32,000 bases of DNA from Idiomarina loihiensis L2TR. Lineage in GTDB: Bacteria; Pseudomonadota; Gammaproteobacteria; Enterobacterales; Alteromonadaceae. A model generated the notes under the pieces. The model did no database searches and was not told the DNA's origin. It saw only the letters and a list, made by a program, of their open reading frames with translations. The position numbers and the translations under genes were made by a program. Location of the stretch: assembly GCF_000008465.1 (NCBI RefSeq), contig NC_006512.1:2640001-2672000 (forward strand). The letters run 5' to 3'. Positions 17,738 to 25,016 of the stretch are shown piece after piece (position 1 is the stretch's first letter; each line of letters begins with the position of its first letter).

Positions 17738-18997
17738 TCACTGTTCGGTACTATTGCTTTCTAAAGGCTCGCCTTCCTCATCCTGCAGCTGATTATCAAA
17801 TGCTGCTTGAAGACCCGTTTCCTCTTCAGGTATGTCACCTTCATGTTCAGTATGCCCGGGATAAAATGGTGATATTAGTGCGATAAGAACGCCCACCGCT
17901 GCAAAGATAGAAAAGCTCTCGGCATAACCAAATTCACCGACTAGTAAGCCAATAATAGGCGACCCTGCTGCCTGGCCTAAGGCACAAGCTACAAAGGGCA
18001 GCACAGGTCCTATTGAAAGGCGACCAGGCAATAAGCGAATACCTGTCATCAAGTACAGACCGGTCAGACTCATGTAGGCCAAGCCGAAGATCAAAGCTGA
18101 AAACACGGCAAGATAGATTTGACTTGGGCTGGCGGCTAATAGAGTTAAACTGGTTGTTAGCATCATCAGCATTAGTGCATGCGTGATAGCCGGGTTATTT
18201 CTATCGGCCAAATCACTAATAATAGCGCCCCCCAAACCTGCAATACCTAAGGCCAACCATAACCAACCGCTTTGTTGAGATGATAATGAGCCCAAATTAG
18301 TGACTAAATCCGGCCCAAACGTCCAATAAGCTGAAGCGATAAAGCCCATGGCGAAAGCAAATAAAGATAGCTTTAATAAACGCCACCATTGTCTAGCTTT
18401 GATTTTCGGTGGTGGCGCTGCATTTGATGGGGTTAGCCTGGAAACCGAAGGAATTAAATACCAGGCAAGAAGGACCCCAATAACGGCTATTACCGTGAAT
18501 GATAAATAGGCGTAGCGCCACGCCCCAACTAAAAATAATACAGCTGGAACAGAGAGCGCGACGCCAATGCTTGTACCCGCATTCATTACTGAACTGACCC
18601 GTCCGTGGATTGAGCGATCGACCAAAGCCTGCATGGCTGAAGTTAAAGCGGGCATCATTAAACCAGTGCATATACCGCAAGCAAATACTCCTAAACCGAG
18701 ACTTATGGGGCCAGTGGCCTGACTTACTGTAGCCAGACCGAAAACACTAAATAAAGCAGATAACACTGTCGTGTTACGGGCACCAAAATATTTAGTAACT
18801 AAAGGAGCCGCTGAACTGATAAAAACGAAACTTATAAGGGGAAGTGCGGCGATAACACCGATTGTATTCGCGCTGATTTCTAGGTCAGCGCGTATTTGCG
18901 GGACAAACAAACCGAAGGCGAAACGAGCTAAACCAAAGCTTATGGCAATAAGTGTGGCGCCTGTAAGCGCAAAGCGGGTGCCTGAGACTTGTCCCAT
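17738..18997 (-). CDS. MFS-type transporter with acidic C-terminal tail
   Basis: 419 aa with about 12 hydrophobic helices arranged 6+6 around a basic loop (PPPKIKARQWWR). The C-terminal roughly 40 aa are strongly acidic (EHEGDIPEEETG...DEEGEPLE). The family call rests on topology only. Confidence 0.7.
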   Translation of the reverse strand: MGQVSGTRFALTGATLIAISFGLARFAFGLFVPQIRADLEISANTIGVIAALPLISFVFISSAAPLVTKYFGARNTTVLSALFSVFGLATVSQATGPISLGLGVFACGICTGLMMPALTSAMQALVDRSIHGRVSSVMNAGTSIGVALSVPAVLFLVGAWRYAYLSFTVIAVIGVLLAWYLIPSVSRLTPSNAAPPPKIKARQWWRLLKLSLFAFAMGFIASAYWTFGPDLVTNLGSLSSQQSGWLWLALGIAGLGGAIISDLADRNNPAITHALMLMMLTTSLTLLAASPSQIYLAVFSALIFGLAYMSLTGLYLMTGIRLLPGRLSIGPVLPFVACALGQAAGSPIIGLLVGEFGYAESFSIFAAVGVLIALISPFYPGHTEHEGDIPEEETGLQAAFDNQLQDEEGEPLESNSTEQ

Positions 18998-19077
18998 AAA
19001 AGCACCTTAAACCGATGATTCATGCTATCAGTTTAAGACGCTTTTATGGGTTACGAAACCCTTGGGTATGGTTACTG

Positions 19078-20589
19078 TCAATTCACATTAACTACGTCGT
19101 TTGCGTCCCGAACCGCTTTTAACATAGCTTGCGTGTCCTCAGATGAATACCAACGTCCGTTAGACATAACGCCCGAAATTGCTCTCGTATTGTGAATATC
19201 CGCCAGCGGGTTACTGTCCAGTACCACAAGGTCTGCCTGGTAGCCTGAGGCAATTACCCCAGTTTGCAGTCCCATCCACTGTGCGGTTTCAACCGTCGCG
19301 CTTCTCAATGCATCGGCCGGGGTATAGCCGGTACGAACCAGCGCGGCAAGCTCATCATGCATGGAAAACCCGGGAACCATTACAGGCACATTTGCATCAG
19401 TACCCGCCAGAACCTTGACCCGATTATCGCGCATAGCCTGCAAAAGTATCTGGTTGGCTTTTGCGTAAGCTTTCCAATAACGCTGATTACCGGGAACACG
19501 CTCTTCAGGATAGTCTTCCGGTAAACGATAAATGTTTACTTCGGGCAGCCACCCCATGACTTTAATACTTGGGTGTAGAGCCTCCGCAATTCCGCGGTTT
19601 ACATGCTCTACGTGAACATGACTCAGTGCACTTTCTACGCTCATTTTCTGTGCAGGAAAGCTTTCGACAAGCGCCAGAGTAGAAACCACCGCCATATTAT
19701 TCTCTGCCAGACGGCTTGCTATGTCGGTACTACGCTTTTCTACAAACTCCAGAAAGACCTCAGTATTATCGCGGCCATAGCCACCAAACTCCCGATCCAG
19801 GGCTTTAACAAACTCTTCAACATGGGCTATTTCTTTCAGGTTCGATGGCCAAAGCTCTGAAAGTGGCAGGTTATATGGAATATGCCCTAAAATTTGTATA
19901 TCGCTATTACCCGCCTCCTCGTTAAAAGCAAAGAAGTGGTCATTGCTTAAAAGCGTGTAAATTTTTATGGCATCGTAGCCTGCGTCTTTAATCTCGTTTA
20001 CCCGCTCAGGTATATCGTCGATATCGGCTACCGGGTTTATTTTTGCAGCCCAACGGTCGAACAAGCCAGCAATACCACTTGAGCTATTATGACGCCGGGT
20101 TGCCACAAATAAGTCCGGCCCCGGCCGTCCTGATGCAATTTCAGCACGCCATTGCAGGTGTTCTTCACTACCATTGAGCTCACGTACATGAGTAACGCCA
20201 TTAGCCAGATACAACAACAAATCATTCGCGCTTTGCCATAAGTGTACATGCGCATCAATAAGGCCGGGAATTATAAACTTGCCTGTGCCATCAATGACTT
20301 GCGCATCCTCAGGTAATAAGAGGTCGCTCCCCACTTTTGTTATTTTGCCTTCTTGAATCAACACCGTCTGATTAGGACGCATGTACTGTCCATTATCAGA
20401 CAACACGTTTGCGTTGGTAATGGCGTAAGCTCCCTGAGTTTTTGCATAAAGCGCAGGGCCTACAACAGGAACATATTCTCCCCAGGCTTTATTCACCTGG
20501 TAGTACATAACACCGAAACTGGTCGCGCTGAGAGCAAGCAATAAAACAACTAACCACAAACCGAGTTTCTTTAAGTTTAAAGCTTTCAT
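19078..20589 (-). CDS. Membrane-anchored/periplasmic metal-dependent amidohydrolase
   Basis: 503 aa with an N-terminal signal anchor (LGLWLVVLLLALSATSF). It has the HxH metal motif GLIDAHVHLW and the later AGTDA / SGYQADLVVLD pattern typical of the amidohydrolase superfamily (COG1228-like). Confidence 0.8.
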   Translation of the reverse strand: MKALNLKKLGLWLVVLLLALSATSFGVMYYQVNKAWGEYVPVVGPALYAKTQGAYAITNANVLSDNGQYMRPNQTVLIQEGKITKVGSDLLLPEDAQVIDGTGKFIIPGLIDAHVHLWQSANDLLLYLANGVTHVRELNGSEEHLQWRAEIASGRPGPDLFVATRRHNSSSGIAGLFDRWAAKINPVADIDDIPERVNEIKDAGYDAIKIYTLLSNDHFFAFNEEAGNSDIQILGHIPYNLPLSELWPSNLKEIAHVEEFVKALDREFGGYGRDNTEVFLEFVEKRSTDIASRLAENNMAVVSTLALVESFPAQKMSVESALSHVHVEHVNRGIAEALHPSIKVMGWLPEVNIYRLPEDYPEERVPGNQRYWKAYAKANQILLQAMRDNRVKVLAGTDANVPVMVPGFSMHDELAALVRTGYTPADALRSATVETAQWMGLQTGVIASGYQADLVVLDSNPLADIHNTRAISGVMSNGRWYSSEDTQAMLKAVRDANDVVNVN

Positions 20590-20673
20590 AACTAATTACC
20601 TTTGGTTCTGATAAGTGCATTCAGAATAGAAAGGCAACCCAACAAAAGCTGGTCGATTATGAAAAAAATCACG

Positions 20674-21705
20674 TCAATTTTGAAAATTCTGCAGGTTTTT
20701 TCGGAATTGAGACGGCGTCATTCCGGTTTCTTTTTTGAAGGCACGATTAAAAGGCGGTAAGGAGTTAAACCCGTTATTCAGTGCAATGGTTAAAATGGGC
20801 AGGTGGTCGTTCTCCCGTTCTGAGAAGCAGTCCATCACGCCTTTAAGCCTGAAAGAGTTAATGTAATGGCTGAAGTTAGTGAAGCCCGTTTGGGTGTTTA
20901 TCAAGGTTCTCAATTTATGCTCTGCTACCCCCAGCTTTTTGGCCAAATCAGCAATGGTCAGAGCTTCTTCTAAATACATCTTGTCTTGTGTCATTAGCTT
21001 GTCGAGTTCGGCCAGTATTCTTTTATCCACTGCTGACAATTGCTTTTTCTGAGACGCGTTCCGATAAAAAGTCAGCGCAGACGTGTCGCCCTTTAATACC
21101 CATAGGCTCATGGAAAAAATGGGAAGCCAGACGCTCAGCGCGTTAATTGTAGACTGGGCGCTTTGCAACCAAACAGAGCCCACCAAAACCGCGACCAAAA
21201 CAGACGCTGAAATAATAAACAAAAAATAAAGTCGATAGGTACGCCGGGCTTCAATTAAGTCATCATTCCGGCCTATTAGCGTAACGAACACCATATGTGC
21301 CACCAGAAAAAGTGACAGCGTAATGACAACAATGGGCCACCACGCAGGCAGCTCATTCAACCAACCCAGCCAAACAGCCCGTTCAGCCAGCATAGAGGCG
21401 CTTACTGCAATTAAAGCAAGCCAATGGAGTTTTCCTGGCCTGAAATCTCGATGAAAAAGGGTTAACACAAATACCCAGGTAACCGGCAAAAGCAAAGTAT
21501 CCAGTAACCGAAAGGGAACTTGCCACACCATAGGAAGCGCAAATTCAGCGGGCATAGAACCAAGCAGAAAGCTTGCCAGGCAGAGGTTTGTAGCCACCAT
21601 TAAAGTACAGCGTCTGGAACGGGGCAGATCTTTAATTACCAGCACCGTCATAAGCAACAACAAGCCCAGTGCGGAAAACCGGATGAATGCGTCAATCAAT
21701 AACAT
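20674..21705 (-). CDS. AraC-family regulator with N-terminal multi-pass membrane domain
   Basis: 343 aa. The first roughly 210 aa contain about 6-7 hydrophobic helices. The C-terminus carries an AraC double HTH (IADLAKKLGVAEHKLRTLINTQTG ... GFNSLPPFNRAFKKETGMTPSQFR). Confidence 0.8.
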   Translation of the reverse strand: MLLIDAFIRFSALGLLLLMTVLVIKDLPRSRRCTLMVATNLCLASFLLGSMPAEFALPMVWQVPFRLLDTLLLPVTWVFVLTLFHRDFRPGKLHWLALIAVSASMLAERAVWLGWLNELPAWWPIVVITLSLFLVAHMVFVTLIGRNDDLIEARRTYRLYFLFIISASVLVAVLVGSVWLQSAQSTINALSVWLPIFSMSLWVLKGDTSALTFYRNASQKKQLSAVDKRILAELDKLMTQDKMYLEEALTIADLAKKLGVAEHKLRTLINTQTGFTNFSHYINSFRLKGVMDCFSERENDHLPILTIALNNGFNSLPPFNRAFKKETGMTPSQFRKNLQNFQN

Positions 21706-21929
21706 AAGCCTGTGCCTTGGGCTGTCCTGAGAATCAGTATCTTTAGTTAAATTATAACCAGCCTTGAGATAAAATCTGAAAATTAATCTAACCCGGCTTT
21801 GTCTTCCAAAATCAGCTCACCGTTAAGACTATGTAAAGCTATTCGGTAATTGCCAGCAGTCGCTGTCTACTTGGGCTATTTGTTCCAATCGGTTATTATT
21901 TATTCACATACACTTCGAAGGTTGCCTGC

Positions 21930-22742
21930 ATGTCACACAACAAATTTGACATTATACCTGCTGCCAGCTTTTCTAATATTGGGTTAGAAATGATTCCGCC
22001 GTTTCCAGGCCTCTCCAGCTGGGTTCAGTGCTTGTGGGTTAATAATGACTTAAAAAACAGTTCGCGCCATGTTGAAGAAAAACTCTACCCCGATGCGGGG
22101 TCCAGTTTAACTTTTGAAATACGTAATACTCGGATCAATGCTCGTTATTTTCACCATACTCGAGTCGTTACTCATCGTTGGGATACATCAACAAGACACA
22201 TTAGCGTACGATTCCGCCCGGGAGGCGCGAAAGCACTGCTGGGGCTGGATATCGATGATTCGCAGAACATCGAAATAGATTTATTCGACACACCCGTTTC
22301 TCAACAACTCAGTTTACAGCCATTAATGGACATGCTGCCTGCTCTCTCGGCAGACCAGCAAGTACAAGCGGTACAAAACTGGTTACTAACGCTGAGTTAT
22401 CGCGCTCAAGAACCGAGTCGTAAGTGGTCGACTTTATTGGCTCATGCGTCTGCTGATTTAATACCGCCTCAGCAACTGGCGTTACAGAACGGGTTTAGTC
22501 GACGCACACTGGAAAGGCAATTGCGCAAATACTTAGGTTTTACACCAAATCAGCTACACGGCTTTGCTCAAATTCGAGCCGCCCGACAATATTTGATTTT
22601 GACACCAGACAGTCTCAGCGACATTGCTCTTGCCTGTGGCTACTTCGATCAAGCGCACTTTACAAATGCTTTCCGTGAGCAAACCTTGGAAACGCCACTG
22701 CAATACCGCCAAAGAAAAATGTCGCAAATCTCCAATCGATAG
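21930..22742 (+). CDS. AraC-family transcriptional regulator (soluble, N-terminal DUF-type sensor domain)
   Basis: 270 aa. The C-terminal HTH is LALQNGFSRRTLERQLRKYLGFTPNQL ... ACGYFDQAHFTNAFREQTLETPLQYR. Confidence 0.85.
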   Translation: MSHNKFDIIPAASFSNIGLEMIPPFPGLSSWVQCLWVNNDLKNSSRHVEEKLYPDAGSSLTFEIRNTRINARYFHHTRVVTHRWDTSTRHISVRFRPGGAKALLGLDIDDSQNIEIDLFDTPVSQQLSLQPLMDMLPALSADQQVQAVQNWLLTLSYRAQEPSRKWSTLLAHASADLIPPQQLALQNGFSRRTLERQLRKYLGFTPNQLHGFAQIRAARQYLILTPDSLSDIALACGYFDQAHFTNAFREQTLETPLQYRQRKMSQISNR

Positions 22743-22789
22743 CTAGCGAATGTTCCTAAAGTATCCGGAGTTAATCTTTGGAGGACATT

Positions 22790-23242
22790 ATGCAACACCG
22801 AATTTCACAATCTTCACTTTATAAACAATGCCCGCGCCTGGTGACTCATTTAACCGCGTTAGGCGATGTACCGGAATCAGTAAATCTGTCTCCGCAACTT
22901 CTGCATCTCGTCAGACTGCGCGCATCACAACTAAACCACTGTGGCTTTTGTCAGAAAATGCATACCGATGAAGCCCGAGCTGATGGTGAACTCCAGTCAA
23001 GGCTAGATGTGCTTCCGGCCTGGAAAGAATTATCGTGTTTTACCGCAGAAGAACGGGCTGCTTTGGCCTGGACGGAAGCACTAACGCTAATCAACCATGT
23101 AGAAATCACAGATGCTGTCTTTCAGTCGGCACTGGATGCTTTTGGAGAAAGTGGGTTAATTGAATTGACTACGGTCATAGTACAGATAAATAGCTGGAAT
23201 CGTATTGCAGTGAGCTTCCGTTTCCAACCCGACATAAAATAA
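22790..23242 (+). CDS. Carboxymuconolactone decarboxylase / AhpD-like family protein
   Basis: The CxxC-H motif LNHCGFCQKMH is typical of the AhpD-like core. GGAGGA sits 5 nt upstream of the ATG at 22790. The ORF-track start at 22778 is a TTG inside that RBS. Confidence 0.8.
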   Translation: MQHRISQSSLYKQCPRLVTHLTALGDVPESVNLSPQLLHLVRLRASQLNHCGFCQKMHTDEARADGELQSRLDVLPAWKELSCFTAEERAALAWTEALTLINHVEITDAVFQSALDAFGESGLIELTTVIVQINSWNRIAVSFRFQPDIK

Positions 23243-23439
23243 TGGGCCGTAGTATGAAAGCAACTTTCTTACAGCGCCTTCAAAAAAACACATTAGGGAT
23301 ATTGGCTAGCTTGTCGTTCTTCTTTGGGAGCATGCTATTTCTACCCACTTTCGCAAGCTATGCAACGGTCGGTGTGTGGCTCTTCATGACAGGATCAGCG
23401 TTGATGTTTATCGATATTATTCGCTCACTAAATGATTAG
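23242..23439 (+). CDS. Small two-TM membrane protein, YrhK-like
   Basis: 65 aa with two hydrophobic helices, each carrying a GSxLF/GSALMF motif (FFFGSMLFLP, FMTGSALMFI), reminiscent of the YrhK domain. TAATG overlap with the upstream stop suggests translational coupling. Confidence 0.5.
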   Translation: MGRSMKATFLQRLQKNTLGILASLSFFFGSMLFLPTFASYATVGVWLFMTGSALMFIDIIRSLND

Positions 23440-23459
23440 TGGGCGAATAGACCAGCGAG

Positions 23460-24821
23460 TCAATTACTGGACCAAGACACTCTATTTCTTCCATCTCTTT
23501 TACTTTTATAAAGAGCTAAATCGGCCTTTTTGTAGGCGCTGTTAAATTCATCTTCAGCCTTTAACTCTGTCGCACCAATCGAGACCGTGACCTTAATAGA
23601 CTGATTTTTATCAATAGTAATAGCGTTGCCCTCAATCGCTGTGCGCACTTTTTCCAAAACTCTTTCGGCTTTCTCTCGGGGAAGATCAGTCAAAAGCAGG
23701 GCAAATTCTTCTCCGCCAACCCGCGATACGCAATCACTAATACGTACAAGTCCAGCTATTTTACGAGCCGTTTGCTGCAAAACCTCATCACCTGCGTCAT
23801 GACCGTAGTTATCATTTACTTTTTTAAAATGATCAACATCGATGATGGCAAAGCAAGTAACATTTGCGAACTTATTATCGTTGGGCTCCAGCTCTTCAAA
23901 TCTCTCAGTAATAAACAACCGATTCGACAGTCCGGTTAAAAAATCGGTATAAGCAAGTTTCTCTAACCTCTTAGTCTTAGACGAGTTAATAATAATAGTC
24001 TCAATAGCAGAGCAAATTAAACTCATTAACTCAATATCGAGCTCGGTAAACGGTGTAAGCCGTGTCTCAGGACTAGTGAAGTTTAACGTTCCCCAGGTTA
24101 TCCCATTAACTCTTATAGGCAGCCCCAGGTAGGTTTGCAGTTGAAATTTTTCATAGCAGGGGTGGCCTGAATATTCGTCGCTTTCAGAAGCATGCGTAGT
24201 TGTAATGACCTCATTAGCCGTCAACGTCACCGAGCAATAAGTATCGCCTAACGGAAAAGTTGTTTCAGCAGGGATATCTGCTGTTTCCGAGTACGAATAT
24301 TTAACCGTGTAAGTATCATTCTCAACATGGCTTACAAGCCCTGTTTGAACATTTAAATAATGACAACCCAGTTTAAGCAAGTTATTGATACGTTCGGTTG
24401 ATAATACCTGTGACTGGCAATTTACTACATCGTGAACCGCTCGCAGCACTTCGGCTGCACTCGCATATTCGGTCACATCGTTTATAACCGCGAAAAATCC
24501 ATTAACTTTTTTACTCAAGCCTTCAAAGTTAGGAACATACTTGATATCCAGTAGAATAGTGCGCCCGTCTCTCAGGTTCACTTTATCAGTAAAGCCTATT
24601 TCCTCGCCTTTCAGTACTCGATCATGAAGCTCCGAAATTTTTCCATAAGACTCTTCCCCAACAACCTCGGCAATACTCTTACCTTTAATGTTTTTGAGTT
24701 TTACACCGAAAAAGCCCTCATAGGCAGTGTTGACGAATTTGTAACGACGCTCATTATCCACAAAGGCAAGCAGGTAGGGCAGCACGTTTGATAACTTCTT
24801 AAAGGAGCGATCTACTTTCAT
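23460..24821 (-). CDS. PAS-GAF-GGDEF diguanylate cyclase
   Basis: 453 aa. The N-terminal PAS region is YKFVNTAYEGFFG...FFAVINDVTE. The central domain is GAF-like. The C-terminal GGDEF domain has an active-site GGEEF and an intact RxxD I-site (RISD, 5 residues upstream). Confidence 0.9.
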   Translation of the reverse strand: MKVDRSFKKLSNVLPYLLAFVDNERRYKFVNTAYEGFFGVKLKNIKGKSIAEVVGEESYGKISELHDRVLKGEEIGFTDKVNLRDGRTILLDIKYVPNFEGLSKKVNGFFAVINDVTEYASAAEVLRAVHDVVNCQSQVLSTERINNLLKLGCHYLNVQTGLVSHVENDTYTVKYSYSETADIPAETTFPLGDTYCSVTLTANEVITTTHASESDEYSGHPCYEKFQLQTYLGLPIRVNGITWGTLNFTSPETRLTPFTELDIELMSLICSAIETIIINSSKTKRLEKLAYTDFLTGLSNRLFITERFEELEPNDNKFANVTCFAIIDVDHFKKVNDNYGHDAGDEVLQQTARKIAGLVRISDCVSRVGGEEFALLLTDLPREKAERVLEKVRTAIEGNAITIDKNQSIKVTVSIGATELKAEDEFNSAYKKADLALYKSKRDGRNRVSWSSN

Positions 24822-24966
24822 GATTTGGCTCGAATTTCTGCTGAGTCATTCTAATTTTAGCATACACAGGTGTTTTGACTGTGTACACCTAGTTACTACT
24901 AGAGAAAGTTCCTCCCAAATTGCAATTTCCCCTTTACCTCCACCACTCATCTCGCTTATGCTAAAT

Positions 24967-24990
24967 AGCCGTTTAGACGTCTAAACGGCT
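24967..24990. promoter_or_regulatory. Perfect 24-bp palindrome made of three tandem MetJ met-boxes (putative MetJ operator)
   Basis: AGCCGTTT AGACGTCT AAACGGCT is a perfect inverted repeat. The centre octamer matches the AGACGTCT consensus 8/8 and each flank matches 6/8. It ends 26 nt upstream of the receptor ATG at 25017 and lies in a divergent intergenic region. Confidence 0.55.
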
Positions 24991-25016
24991 TATTAATTCA
25001 TTTTGTGAGGTATTTA

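Noticed and set aside
18393-18680. 95-aa minus-strand ORF inside the MFS gene (other frame), plus the plus-strand ORF at 18771..19010
   Set aside because: Both are contained in the 12-TM transporter gene and have no independent support.
19048-19061. GGGTT-acga-AACCC hairpin between the amidohydrolase and the MFS gene
   Set aside because: The stem is only 5 bp. The adjacent T-run is on the wrong side to act as a terminator for the minus-strand transcripts, and there is no plus-strand gene to terminate.
25005-25016. GTG start of the TonB receptor as given in the ORF track
   Set aside because: The GTGAGG there is better read as the Shine-Dalgarno sequence for the ATG at 25017, which begins a canonical signal peptide (MKSKFF...).
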